64,000 bases of DNA, from the NCBI GenBank assembly GCA_963771045.1, contig CAVYRW010000004.1, forward strand, positions 1,408,001 to 1,472,000. Reading direction: 5' to 3'. Source of the DNA: Waddliaceae bacterium (GTDB lineage: Bacteria; Chlamydiota; Chlamydiia; Chlamydiales; SLFE01). Shown here piece after piece: positions 49,014 to 59,161 of this stretch. The translations under genes were made by a program, and so were the position numbers. The notes beneath the pieces were generated by a model, which saw only the letters and a program-made list of their open reading frames with translations, had not been told where the DNA came from and did not search any database. The first letter of the stretch is position 1. Each line of letters opens with the position of its first letter.

Positions 49014-50742
49014 ACATGATATTGCTGCCATACTTGAAGAAATCGCGACTCTTCTGGAGTTGAAAGGAGAAAATCCTTTTAAAATTCGCGCCTATCATAA
49101 CGCCGTAAGATCATTGGAAGGGTTAAACGATAGCGAGTTCAAAAAGCTCATTGACGACAATAAGCTCTCAACGGTTCAGGGAATCGGAAAAGGACTCGAA
49201 GAAAAAATCGTTGCCCTGCATCAAACCGGCGAGCTCCCCTTTTACCAAAAGCTTAAAAAATCCCTCCCTCCCGGCCTGGAAAAGATGCTGGCCATCCCCG
49301 GACTTGGAGCCAAAAAAATCAAAGTCCTCTATGACAAGCTCAAAATCAAAACCATTGCTCAGCTCAAGAAAGCCTGCGAGAAAGGGAAGGTGAGCGAGCT
49401 GGAGGGATTCGGCAGCAAAACAGAACAAAATATACTTCAGGGACTCGAGCATCTCGAAGAATACAGCAGACGTGAGCTATGGTGGGAAGCTCAAGCGGTT
49501 ATTGAACCCATAATAGAGGCTCTAAAAAAAGTCAAAGGCGTCGAAAAAGTAGAGATCGCCGGAAGCTTGAGGAGGAGACTTGAAACCGTCGGCGACATCG
49601 ACATCCTTGTTGCCTCTTCGAAACCCGATCCCATCATGGACTGGTTCACGAGCCAGGACTGGGCCCGCTCAATCACAGCAAAGGGAAAGACAAAATCGAG
49701 CGTCCGTCTTCAAGAGGGATTGCAGGCCGACATCAGAATCATTCCGAAAGAGCAGTTCGGATTTGCCCTCCTTTATTTCACCGGCTCGAAAGAACACAAC
49801 ATACACCTCCGCCAAATCGCAAGAGAAAAAGGCTATTCACTAAGCGAGTACGCCATGACTCCCCTCGATGAAAAACAAAAACCCTTTTTTCCCAAAACTA
49901 AAAAAGACATCTCGGAAGCCGATATCTACAAATCCCTCGGCCTCGCCTACATCCCTCCTGAACTGAGGGAAGATCAAGGCGAAATCGCCGCTGCCGCTAA
50001 AAATCAACTCCCGAAACTCATTGAATTTGGCGACATCAAAGGAGTCTTTCACAACCATACTGTCGCCTCCGACGGCCAGAGCACTTTGGAAGAGATGGCC
50101 AAAGCTACAAAAGATATGGGATGGGACTATATCGGAATCGCCGATCACTCAAAATCAAGCTATCAGGCCAACGGCCTCGATGAGAAGCGGCTCATGGAAC
50201 AAATCGAACAGATACGCAAACTGAACCGCTCGAAAAAACCGATCGCCCATATTTTTGCCGGCACCGAATGCGACATTCTCAATGAAGGAGAGCTCGATTT
50301 TAGCGACGACATTTTAGCGGAACTTGACTTTGTCATCATTTCAGTTCATAGACGCTTTAAAATGGATGAGGAGTTCATGACAAAGCGGATCATCAAAGCG
50401 CTTGAACACCCCCGGACTACCATGCTGGGCCACATGACGGGAAGGCTTCTCCTCAAGAGAGAACCCTATGCCGTCAATGCGGAAAAAATCATCGACTGCG
50501 CTATAGCCAATGAAAAGATCATCGAAATCAACGCCAACCCCTACCGCCTTGATATGGACTGGCGCCTTTGGCACAAAGCCAAGGAAAAAGGCCTTCTCAC
50601 CAGCATCAACCCGGACGCGCACAGCACCGAACACCTCGCTTTCGTCGAAGCAGGCGTCAATGTCGCCAGAAAAGGCTGGCTCACAAGCGATGACGTCCTC
50701 AACACCTGGCCTCTTTCTAAAGTAAAAGAGTACTTGGGTTAA
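49006..50742 (+). CDS. polX: DNA polymerase/3'-5' exonuclease PolX (X-family + PHP)
   Basis: GSLRR, GDIDIL, FTGSKEHN, HNHTVASDG, DHS, EINANPYRLD, DAH. Confidence 0.93.
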   Translation: MNKHDIAAILEEIATLLELKGENPFKIRAYHNAVRSLEGLNDSEFKKLIDDNKLSTVQGIGKGLEEKIVALHQTGELPFYQKLKKSLPPGLEKMLAIPGLGAKKIKVLYDKLKIKTIAQLKKACEKGKVSELEGFGSKTEQNILQGLEHLEEYSRRELWWEAQAVIEPIIEALKKVKGVEKVEIAGSLRRRLETVGDIDILVASSKPDPIMDWFTSQDWARSITAKGKTKSSVRLQEGLQADIRIIPKEQFGFALLYFTGSKEHNIHLRQIAREKGYSLSEYAMTPLDEKQKPFFPKTKKDISEADIYKSLGLAYIPPELREDQGEIAAAAKNQLPKLIEFGDIKGVFHNHTVASDGQSTLEEMAKATKDMGWDYIGIADHSKSSYQANGLDEKRLMEQIEQIRKLNRSKKPIAHIFAGTECDILNEGELDFSDDILAELDFVIISVHRRFKMDEEFMTKRIIKALEHPRTTMLGHMTGRLLLKREPYAVNAEKIIDCAIANEKIIEINANPYRLDMDWRLWHKAKEKGLLTSINPDAHSTEHLAFVEAGVNVARKGWLTSDDVLNTWPLSKVKEYLG

Positions 50743-50784
50743 AGAATCTAATCGAGAAACATGCTTCAAAAAAACTAACTGCAC

Positions 50785-50814
50785 TTGACTTAAGTTCCTC
50801 ATTTAGTGTAAAAT
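50785..50814 (+). promoter_or_regulatory. Putative sigma70-type promoter
   Basis: TTGACT-18 nt-TAAAAT upstream of ATG 50850. Confidence 0.35.
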
Positions 50815-50849
50815 TTCATCTTAATATTACACAGAAAGGATTAATTATT

Positions 50850-51317
50850 ATGTCTATAAAAATGCATTTAAGAACTTCATTTAATCAAAGAAATTTAGAA
50901 GAAATAAAAAATTTATTACAGAAAGGAAAGCCCATCGTCACATTTTTGGGGCATCGATCGGTAAAATTGAGTCATGATAACAATGAAAAGACAATTAAAA
51001 TCAGCCGACTTTTGTCTATGGTCGAAAACTTGTCGTTGAAAACAAATTTTGATGTCAATAATCAACAAAATCTTAAAGAAAATAAAAATTTAACTGAGAT
51101 TAAATTGATTTTGATGAATAACTACGACGAGACAAAAGAGATTGTGCAACAAGCCAATCTAATTCATAAAATTTTAATTTTTATATGCGATTTCATCGGT
51201 TTTGCTAATATTCCTTCTTTCAACAACCACATTCGAGCTAATTTAGAAACTATGTTGAAGCTTCATAATGAAATCGAAGAAGCAGACAAAGAATTAGCGG
51301 TAGTCCTAAACTTGTAA
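50850..51317 (+). CDS. Hypothetical protein whose last codons are supplied by the IS1 end
   Basis: AT-rich ORF; pre-insertion end reconstructs as EADKELATLS*. Confidence 0.65.
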   Translation: MSIKMHLRTSFNQRNLEEIKNLLQKGKPIVTFLGHRSVKLSHDNNEKTIKISRLLSMVENLSLKTNFDVNNQQNLKENKNLTEIKLILMNNYDETKEIVQQANLIHKILIFICDFIGFANIPSFNNHIRANLETMLKLHNEIEEADKELAVVLNL

Positions 51318-52124
51318 TGCTTTTCTCTGGTTATAGTCACATATAAAATATTTTATCATGCCAATATGGTTCTCAATTTTCTTTGAAAATGAAAGGGTTT
51401 TTCTCACTAGCCTTGAGCATCGCTGCCTGAGCGTGTTATTAAATCTCTCAATGTAGCTTGTCTTACCTGACTCCTTTCCGACTGGGCGATGTTGTTCCCA
51501 AGGAAGGACTTCGTAGTAGATTGAGAACTTATCCGTATAAAAGACGGCTTTTTTTTTAAGTCCTCGGGGAGCTTCGCTAATAAGGATTCCGCTGCTTGCT
51601 TATTTCTTTTTCCTACATGCATAGCTAATACCTGTCGTGTACCTGAATGAAATGCGAGCCAAAGCCATATTGGATTTTTTTTCTTTCCTACATAGCTCCA
51701 CTGTTCATCAAGCTCAAGTATAGCTACCTCAAACTCTTCTTCTCCAGTGACATCCGCATTCAAATCTTCTGGAAGATCTTCGATTATTCTGTTCATAAAA
51801 TTCAAAAGCCAGGGCATGCTGACGTCAAAGATTCTACAAATACCTTCGAGAGAAACGCGTTCAAGCAATGCCTGTCTTACTCTTGATTTTGTCTCATCTG
51901 ATATTATTTTTTGCTGAGGATCGATGACGAATTGCCTTCCACAAGACAAACACCTATGATTTTGCTTTCCACTGTGAATATGGCCGTTCTTTTTGATACT
52001 GGTGGATTTACAGTTAGGACAAGTGGGTGTCATTTGGGTCCTCCATTCGTTTTAGAAACAAAGGAAAACGCACAAGGAAATCAATGTCAATTCAAAAATT
52101 GAGCATTACATGTTATGGACCACC
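51299..52124 (-). mobile_element. IS1-family insertion sequence (826 bp)
   Basis: 23-bp imperfect TIRs GGTAGTCCTAAACTTGTAATGCT / GGTGGTCCATAACATGTAATGCT (rc); 8-bp TSD GAATTAGC at 51291-51298 and 52125-52132. Confidence 0.92.
51306..52033 (-). CDS. IS1-family transposase with -1 frameshift
   Basis: Zn ribbon CPNC..CLSC, ELDEQWSYVG; A9G run near 51548-51557; shifted frame gives YTD..IERFNNTLRQRCSRLVRKTLSFSK. Confidence 0.9.
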
Positions 52125-52141
52125 GAATTAGCAACCTTAAG

Positions 52142-52744
52142 CTAATTCAACGCGTAGGCTTTTTTATCAATTTTATAGCACCTTCGGCATCTGGCTTCGT
52201 AACACTCTTCTCCTCCAACAAGTATCGTTTCATCATCGTAGTTTGCCGGCTGGCCGTTAATGAGCCTTTGAGTATGGTTAGCCTCGCCGCCGCAAGTCAT
52301 GCAAATAGCTCTTAGCTTCACGACCTCATCGGCAAGGGCCATCAGAGTGGGAACGATGCCGAAAGGCTCGCCCCGGAAGTCCATATCAAGACCGGCGACA
52401 ATGACTCGGAGCCCCCTTTCGATGCAATCGTGAATCACCGGAACGGATTCTTCCGGAAAAAACTGAATTTCATCAATTCCAATCACATCTATTGTTTCGC
52501 CGGAAAGCCTGGCGAGAGTTTCAACCCCCTCTTCGCAGCTGGTTACAGGATAAGCTTCTCTTTGCTGTCCATCATGACTGACAATGCAAGAAAAGGATTT
52601 GCGGTTGTCGATTTTGTGTTTGATCGTCAGCACATTTTTTTTCGCATATTCAGCACGGCGCAAACGGTAGAGCAGCTCTTCGGTTTTTCCCGAAAACATT
52701 GAACCGCAAATGACCTCTAACATCCCGATCTTCTCTTTCATCAC
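52142..52744 (-). CDS. tdk: Thymidine kinase
   Basis: GSMFSGKTEEL, IDEIQF, AGLDMDFRGEPF, YEARCRRC. Confidence 0.95.
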   Translation of the reverse strand: MMKEKIGMLEVICGSMFSGKTEELLYRLRRAEYAKKNVLTIKHKIDNRKSFSCIVSHDGQQREAYPVTSCEEGVETLARLSGETIDVIGIDEIQFFPEESVPVIHDCIERGLRVIVAGLDMDFRGEPFGIVPTLMALADEVVKLRAICMTCGGEANHTQRLINGQPANYDDETILVGGEECYEARCRRCYKIDKKAYALN

Positions 52745-52807
52745 CTTTCCTGTTTGTTTTTAAATTTTGACCTTATATTATGCTATATAACCATAAAGGA
52801 GGGTCAA

Positions 52808-53056
52808 ATGACAATGGATATTTTATCTTGGGTCTTTGTTGCGATGTCGCTGACAGGGAACTTTTTTGTGATCAAAAAAAATGTGCTGGGACAATGGATC
52901 TGGGCAGCAGCAAACCTCGGATGGATCGCCTTTAACTTAAGCATCGGTGTCTGGTCGCAAGCCTTCCTGTTCGCTGTGTATTTAGGCATGTGCGTATGGG
53001 GAATCATTTCCTGGTCAAAACAAAACATCAAAACACACGAGCCTAAACATACCTAA
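52808..53056 (+). CDS. Short PnuC-like membrane protein (about 3 TM)
   Basis: GQWIWAAANLGWI, YLGMCVWGIISW; GGAGG RBS. Confidence 0.6.
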   Translation: MTMDILSWVFVAMSLTGNFFVIKKNVLGQWIWAAANLGWIAFNLSIGVWSQAFLFAVYLGMCVWGIISWSKQNIKTHEPKHT

Positions 53057-53922
53057 TGAAAATTGCCGGTTTTATCTTTTTGTTTTTTTTGACCTCGTGC
53101 TTAGAGGCCAAAGTCGAACCTATCGAAAGGCTTGGAGTCTATGGAGACGGTCTCAATATTGAAGGCGGGCTGATTCCCCGCCGCTCACTCAAGAGTCATC
53201 AAATTTGGGCCAATGTCTGCTTTGTGCTCGACAGACCGCTTATTGATAAGACAGACCTCGATGAAATCACCGCTGACAATCCCTACCGTCTCAAGGAATC
53301 ATCAATCCCAAGCTATAATGAATGCCGCGCAGCGCTTATCCAGGCGCTTATTATGAAATATTATCTCGCAAAGCAAGATTGCGGCCACATTATTTTAAAT
53401 GTCCACCGCAACAGCTCGGGCCCCCGCCACCTCGATGATCTTGAAACAATTCTCATAAAATGCTTAGGTGAGATGGACATCCATAAGATCGCCCCGAGGA
53501 AATTTCAGTGCGGATCGACAACGCTTGAGCTGCAATATGGCACAAAAAATTTGAGCGGCTACGATCACGCTGATATTGTCATCTCGATCAGTCTGGTTGC
53601 CGGCTTCAATTCCGAATGGCCGGCGGGGACGGCAATCATTGCTTCTAAATTCACTCCATTCGATGTCCATAGCATGATAGTGGCGGAATCGGGCGCCTTT
53701 GAAATTGACAATCACCTAAAGTCTGCAATTGACGACCTGCTTTCCCTGCAAAGCACGCGGCTCATCGACAACATTAACCGGGAGTTTCATTCGCCCAATT
53801 TGGCGAAGTCCGGATTAAAAGCCTGCAGGCTAACAAAAAGGGATTTCAAAGAGGGGCGAATGCTGCAAGTCAGCGGAATGTTTTATCCCAAACAAATCCC
53901 TTCAACATTTGAGGTTTACTAA
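53056..53922 (+). CDS. Secreted hypothetical protein, possibly divergent nucleoside phosphorylase fold
   Basis: Signal peptide; DIVISISLVAGFNSEWPAGTAIIA resembles the PNP/MTAN strand-loop. Confidence 0.5.
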   Translation: MKIAGFIFLFFLTSCLEAKVEPIERLGVYGDGLNIEGGLIPRRSLKSHQIWANVCFVLDRPLIDKTDLDEITADNPYRLKESSIPSYNECRAALIQALIMKYYLAKQDCGHIILNVHRNSSGPRHLDDLETILIKCLGEMDIHKIAPRKFQCGSTTLELQYGTKNLSGYDHADIVISISLVAGFNSEWPAGTAIIASKFTPFDVHSMIVAESGAFEIDNHLKSAIDDLLSLQSTRLIDNINREFHSPNLAKSGLKACRLTKRDFKEGRMLQVSGMFYPKQIPSTFEVY

Positions 53923-53923
53923 A

Positions 53924-55825
53924 ATGAATTCCGTTTTTTCTTGTGGACAACAGTCTGTGCTCGATGGCTTGCCTCATAATCAAAAAGAAAGGCTTGGCAA
54001 AATCCAAAAAGCCTTCGAAACCTTGAAAAGCGACGGTTTTCCGGTAGAACAATTAAGCCCCTCATTGCGAATTGTCATCTCAAGAATTTCTTCTACGGGT
54101 GGAGGATTTTTCTCCTCCTATATGATTCTTCAAAGAGTTTTGGAAAATTATATCACTGTAAAAGAAATGAAATTTCAGGATAAGAACTGGAAACAGCTTT
54201 CCTCTCTTATTGCCAATACAGAAACTAAGATCATCAAACAATGCGCCACTTCTCTTCACGATTCCTTTATAAAAGGTAAAAACAAGCTTTTGGGGAATTC
54301 GCTTCTTGTTCTTTTGAGCCTTTTTTTAAATGACACTGTCTCTCCTCCGAATATTGATTTCTGTTCAGTTAAAAAGGTGAAAGAGGGATTAGATCAGCTT
54401 CTTAACAATTACGCGAAGGCAAAAGATACCAGGTTTATCGAGTTCTTACTGCTCGACTCTTTTGATGGCGAAGGAAAGCTGTTTCTGACGTATATCGATA
54501 ATCGACGGTTTATCGATTATATCACCGAAGCGTTAACTTCAATACCTTTTCCCAACTGGAAGAGAAAAGAAGCTGTTCTGATCAATCTTTTGTCATTGAT
54601 CGATAAACCCCATCGAATAGAAGTTTCCCAAAAATTAAAATCATCGCAAAATGAAATAAAAACATGCGAGATCGGCTGCCACTTCGTTAAAATATTTGAG
54701 TCGGCAACCTTTACCGAAGCGCTCCCCGCGCTCCAAAAAATCCCTTCTCTTCTTCCCAATTTTACAGAAACCGATTGCATAAAGATATTCAAACTCCCCT
54801 TTCCTTCCTTTCGCTCTGTCCAGGAAACCGAATCCGGACCTTCCTTTGTCCGTCTTGGGTTCAACGATAAAACAAAAGTTCTAGCGGACAACACTTATCT
54901 CTATAGCTCCTACAAATCCCTTGATAATAGGCATTGGTTTTTAGCCTATGATACTCATAAGCATTCCCTTTCCTGGGGAGTAGAAATTCCGGGAGCATTG
55001 ATCGATTTCGCTCAAAAACACGATGCGATAGGCCTCATTCTGAAATCGTCTTCTTATCAGCTTCTTTTATTGAATCCAAAAAATGGTGAAACGATCAGTC
55101 ATAACGATTTGCCGGTCCCAAAGCATATGAAAATTGAATCAACATTTATTTGCCGAAATTTTTGCTACCTGACACTATACGACTACGACAAGAAGCTTCT
55201 TTACGGCATATCCTATAGAAAAGAGATTTGGAGTGAATCTTTTAAAAAAACCTTTCCCCACTCCAATATAAGACAAATTGACGATTTTATCCTTTACCGA
55301 GATTCCAAAAATTCAAACTTGCATGTCGTCAATCAAAAAGGAAAAATTCTGAAATTACCCCATTTCCATGATGCCTTGTATCATCAAGACAAATTATATG
55401 CTGTGAAAAAGAAAGGAGGCAGGTATTTTATATGTCAATACGATGCCCCTAAAGGAACAAACTTTAGACTCGGCCATCATACAAAAAAATTTGGAATTTC
55501 GGGTCTGCCTCTAAAATTCCTAGGGATCACACAACCAGGTAAAGCTCTCTGCTATGCAGATGACTACCGCCTTTGCTTTATAGATTTCAATTATCAAACG
55601 ACCTCTACCAGCAATTTCATTATGGAGCCCCACAAAACTATCATTTTTAATCATGAATCCGATTATTGCTACTTGTGGAATCCCGACACAAGAACAATCA
55701 CAAAAGTTGCCCCCGGAGAATACAGAGACATCATAACCTTTAAAGGAAACGACAGTAAAAGCTTTGTGCATGCCGATAATATCTGCGTCTATACTTTAAG
55801 TCTCAATAGTGATACAGTGAGTTAA
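53924..55825 (+). CDS. Hypothetical protein, helical N-half and beta-rich (propeller-like) C-half
   Basis: Long ORF; FLAYDTHKHSLSWGVEI and LLLLNPKNGETI resemble PQQ-type blades. Confidence 0.65.
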   Translation: MNSVFSCGQQSVLDGLPHNQKERLGKIQKAFETLKSDGFPVEQLSPSLRIVISRISSTGGGFFSSYMILQRVLENYITVKEMKFQDKNWKQLSSLIANTETKIIKQCATSLHDSFIKGKNKLLGNSLLVLLSLFLNDTVSPPNIDFCSVKKVKEGLDQLLNNYAKAKDTRFIEFLLLDSFDGEGKLFLTYIDNRRFIDYITEALTSIPFPNWKRKEAVLINLLSLIDKPHRIEVSQKLKSSQNEIKTCEIGCHFVKIFESATFTEALPALQKIPSLLPNFTETDCIKIFKLPFPSFRSVQETESGPSFVRLGFNDKTKVLADNTYLYSSYKSLDNRHWFLAYDTHKHSLSWGVEIPGALIDFAQKHDAIGLILKSSSYQLLLLNPKNGETISHNDLPVPKHMKIESTFICRNFCYLTLYDYDKKLLYGISYRKEIWSESFKKTFPHSNIRQIDDFILYRDSKNSNLHVVNQKGKILKLPHFHDALYHQDKLYAVKKKGGRYFICQYDAPKGTNFRLGHHTKKFGISGLPLKFLGITQPGKALCYADDYRLCFIDFNYQTTSTSNFIMEPHKTIIFNHESDYCYLWNPDTRTITKVAPGEYRDIITFKGNDSKSFVHADNICVYTLSLNSDTVS

Positions 55826-55828
55826 ACT

Positions 55829-56470
55829 ATGTCAAATTCCCAACCGATAAACACGCAGCACCGTTGCCATCCATGGCACGGTTTATCTATCGGCGAAAAA
55901 GCCCCTGAAATTGTCAATTGCTATATCGAGATTGTCCCCTCGGATAATGTTAAATATGAATTGGATAAAGAAACGGGTATTCTCAAAATCGACAGGCCGC
56001 AGCAATATTCGAGCATGTGTCCGACACTGTACGGTTTGCTGCCTCAAACATATGCCGGCACAAGAGTTGCCGACTACTGCAGCCAAAAAACCAGAATTCA
56101 AAATATTGTTGGAGACAAAGACCCCCTAGACATCTGTGTTCTGACAGAATACGACATCCCCCGAGGCGATATCTTTTTAAAGGCGAGGCCCATAGGGGGA
56201 TTCCGCCTGCTTGACGGAAATGAGGCCGATGACAAGATAATTGCTGTCATGATCGGAGACTTTCTCTATCAAGACTTTCGAGATATTCACGAGTGCCCCG
56301 AGAACCTGATAGAGCGTTTGCGCCATTATTTTTTAACCTACAAAGATTCTCCGGGAAAAAAACACAGTAAAGTGCGGATCACCCATACGTACGGCGTAGA
56401 TGAAGCTTATAAGGTAATCAATCTCTCCCGTCAGGATTATGATTCTGAAATAAAATCCAATAAAAAATGA
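55829..56470 (+). CDS. ppa: Inorganic pyrophosphatase
   Basis: HPWHG, KYELDK, YGLLPQT, DKDPLDI, DDKII. Confidence 0.93.
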   Translation: MSNSQPINTQHRCHPWHGLSIGEKAPEIVNCYIEIVPSDNVKYELDKETGILKIDRPQQYSSMCPTLYGLLPQTYAGTRVADYCSQKTRIQNIVGDKDPLDICVLTEYDIPRGDIFLKARPIGGFRLLDGNEADDKIIAVMIGDFLYQDFRDIHECPENLIERLRHYFLTYKDSPGKKHSKVRITHTYGVDEAYKVINLSRQDYDSEIKSNKK

Positions 56471-56617
56471 TCCCGATCCTGCCTTGCGGTCAAGGAGAGT
56501 CCTGCAGCCGGATTCTTACCTGAGGGAATCGTCACTCATTCAATTTCTTAAAGTAGCTCTCTTTTTTTTCAACAGCTTCCGCAAGATCCGAGTCGTTCAA
56601 CAAAAGGATCAACGGGA
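56471..56617. repeat. Degenerate palindromic intergenic element
   Basis: Nested arms TCCCGATCCT/AGGATCAACGGGA, CTTGCGG/CCGCAAG, GAGAG/CTCTC fill the gap between convergent stops. Confidence 0.45.
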
Positions 56618-57106
56618 TTAGACTCTGGCATCTGCTTTCGCCGCCCAAACGTATGCAAGAAGTGACAAGAGAATAATCGGAATGATCAGATCATTAAACC
56701 AGATGAACACACCAATGTTGAGCGGAGCGACATCTCCATGGTGCCACTGTATAATATGGACTACAAAAGCGCCTACCACCAGAATGCTGAATCCAAGAAT
56801 AGTCGCCACCCAAAATTTTCCCCGAAGCCAAACCGAAAGCACGCCCAACACCCCATATGATAGATTCGCCATGCCGATTTCGGATTGAAAGGGGCTTCCG
56901 GCGGCCCAGCCAATCTGCCTTGCTGTCGCGTCTGCGTTAAAGAGGTGGACATAGAAAGCCAGAAGCGCCATCACCCCGACATTGAAGAAGAGAATATACA
57001 CCAAAAAAATTTCTGCAATACGGGGCCCTCGAGCCTTCCCGACAAAAATATGGATAACTGCCAAAACGACCGCAACGATAAATAACCAAAATGAAAGCAT
57101 ATTCAC
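56618..57106 (-). CDS. Membrane protein (DUF6790-like)
   Basis: About 5 TM; IGWAAGSPFQSEIGMANL; AAGGAG RBS. Confidence 0.7.
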   Translation of the reverse strand: MNMLSFWLFIVAVVLAVIHIFVGKARGPRIAEIFLVYILFFNVGVMALLAFYVHLFNADATARQIGWAAGSPFQSEIGMANLSYGVLGVLSVWLRGKFWVATILGFSILVVGAFVVHIIQWHHGDVAPLNIGVFIWFNDLIIPIILLSLLAYVWAAKADARV

Positions 57107-57212
57107 TCCTTGTAGTTTTTCAACTCCTTTATTAAATAAATATTATGAGACGATTTTTCAAGATAAATTTTTAAAGCCCCTTCCCTTTATAATAAACTAA
57201 CTATCAACCGGT

Positions 57213-57368
57213 TTAGCCCTAATCTCGTCTGCCAGCATTTCTTACAGGATCTCGAGCCAGCTCAAGCAGGATGTTGCTCCAGATTAAGTCACAATCACGG
57301 GTTTGAGGACGAAGATGGAGTAACAGACTGTCACAATTATCTGAGAGAGTGTGAGAAATGCGGGCTAA
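57213..57368. repeat. Palindromic element related to the 25581 inverted repeat
   Basis: TTAGCCC..GCATTTCTTACA and TGTGAGAAATGCGGGCTAA ends; inner stem TGTTGCTCCA/TGGAGTAACA. Confidence 0.6.
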
Positions 57369-58918
57369 CTTCTCTTATGCCAGACGACGCTGAAAAGGTC
57401 ATGCCGCCGGTCGCTTAAATTGATAACGCTTCCCGACATGCGCGATTCGTAGAGGCTGCCTAACCTTAGATCTGCAAAAATGATGGTTTCCACATTAGGC
57501 GTGCTGTCGGCTGCGATCCCGTCGCGGGAAAACGCAAAATCGCAAGGGGTCAAAATGCAGCTTTGCCCGTATTGTATATCCATGCTTTCGACTTTGGGAA
57601 GGTTGCCCACATTGCCTGCCAAAACAACGTAGCATTGGTTTTCTACCGCCCTCGCATGGGCGCAGTAACGGACCCTTAGGTAGCTTTGCCGCTGATCGGT
57701 GCAAAAAGGAACGAAGAGAATATCGGCTCCCTGATCGACAAGATGCCGGGCCAGCTCGGGAAACTCGGAGTCGTAGCAGATGAGAACGCCGATCGTGCCG
57801 CAATCGGTATCGATAGCCTCCAACTTATCGCCGCCGGATATGTTCCACCAATACTTCTCATCAGGGGTTGGATGGAGCTTGGGCTGTTCGAAAATAGAAC
57901 CATCCCTCAAAAACACATAGCTGATGTTGTGGACCAGGTTTTCTTCGACTTGCACCGGATGGGATCCGGCAATGATATTCGTGTTATGCCTGATCGCCAG
58001 ATCTTTGAAAAACTCTTTCAAATCTTCAGTATAGTCGGCCAGCTTGAGTATCGCCTTCTCCGGAGGGAGCTTTTCAGTTTCTATCGACAAAAGCTGCAGG
58101 GTGAACAGCTCTGGGAACAAGACAAAATCGCATCTGTAATCATGAACGACGTCGACAAAATAAGTGATCAGTTTTTTGAATTCGGCAAACGAGCTGATGG
58201 GCCTTTGCTGGTACTGCACCGCCGCTACGCGGACAGATTCAGATGCCTGTTTTCCATTCTTTGGGGCTGCCGCTTCCTTGGCCGCGACTTCAGGGTTGTA
58301 CCACACCATATGGACGGCGTTTCCCATAGAATCTTTGTCTGTGGGAAGATAGTCCTTGAGAACGCCGATGATTTCAAACCCCTGCTTGATTTGAAAATTG
58401 ATCACTGGATCGCGGATTTTTTTATTCAAAACCTGCTGCAAATACCCTTCAGGCGAACCAACCTGCCGGTAACGTTTGCGAAGAAAAGGCATCCGTCCGG
58501 CAAAAACAATGCCTTTAAGACGCAGATATTTGCACAAACTGTTCCTTTCTTTATAAAAACGCTCTCCAATGCGCATCCGTCTGCTTTCCGGATCGACAAA
58601 AATATCGACCCCATAGAGGAAGTCCCCTTTCGGATTATGAGTCGAACAATAACCATTTCCTGTAATTTCCCGCCAACCATGCCTCCTCATCGCTTTTTCT
58701 TCCGATATCACGATAGAAGCGCAGTAGCCGACGACCTTGCCGTCTAAAACCGCGACAAACTGTCCTTCAGGAAAATGTTTGATCTGCCCGCGTATCTCGG
58801 CTCTACTGTAGGCCAATCGTTTAGTGTAGACTTCTGCAGAAAGAGCTATGATTTCAGGGATATCCGTCAATTTGGCATTGCGAATGACCAGTTCCGGCTT
58901 TGCTTCTTTTTTAACCAT
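57365..58918 (-). CDS. GNAT acetyltransferase / carbon-nitrogen hydrolase fusion
   Basis: FPEGQFVA, VDPESRRMRIG; nitrilase triad FPEL, QPKLH, ICYDSEFPE. Confidence 0.9.
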   Translation of the reverse strand: MVKKEAKPELVIRNAKLTDIPEIIALSAEVYTKRLAYSRAEIRGQIKHFPEGQFVAVLDGKVVGYCASIVISEEKAMRRHGWREITGNGYCSTHNPKGDFLYGVDIFVDPESRRMRIGERFYKERNSLCKYLRLKGIVFAGRMPFLRKRYRQVGSPEGYLQQVLNKKIRDPVINFQIKQGFEIIGVLKDYLPTDKDSMGNAVHMVWYNPEVAAKEAAAPKNGKQASESVRVAAVQYQQRPISSFAEFKKLITYFVDVVHDYRCDFVLFPELFTLQLLSIETEKLPPEKAILKLADYTEDLKEFFKDLAIRHNTNIIAGSHPVQVEENLVHNISYVFLRDGSIFEQPKLHPTPDEKYWWNISGGDKLEAIDTDCGTIGVLICYDSEFPELARHLVDQGADILFVPFCTDQRQSYLRVRYCAHARAVENQCYVVLAGNVGNLPKVESMDIQYGQSCILTPCDFAFSRDGIAADSTPNVETIIFADLRLGSLYESRMSGSVINLSDRRHDLFSVVWHKRS

Positions 58919-59161
58919 AGTGATTAAGCTGGATCTTAGCGTCCCGAGCCGGAATTTACAAGCTCATTACAATAGCCTGACCTAATTTTTTGCTCTTCAA
59001 AGACATATGCCTTTTTTGACTTGCCGATTGGAGACTCTGAAAAAGAAGCAAAAGATGAGCGTCCGCAGCTTGTTGATTTGATATCGATGACTTCCCCTCA
59101 ACTTCCTGCTGCTCAAGATCCCTGAGAGGGGAGCTCCTTCAAACGGTGAAAGGATTTTCAA

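Noticed and set aside
57686..58747. 353-aa plus-strand ORF
   Set aside because: Fully antisense to the well-supported GNAT-nitrilase gene, no motifs
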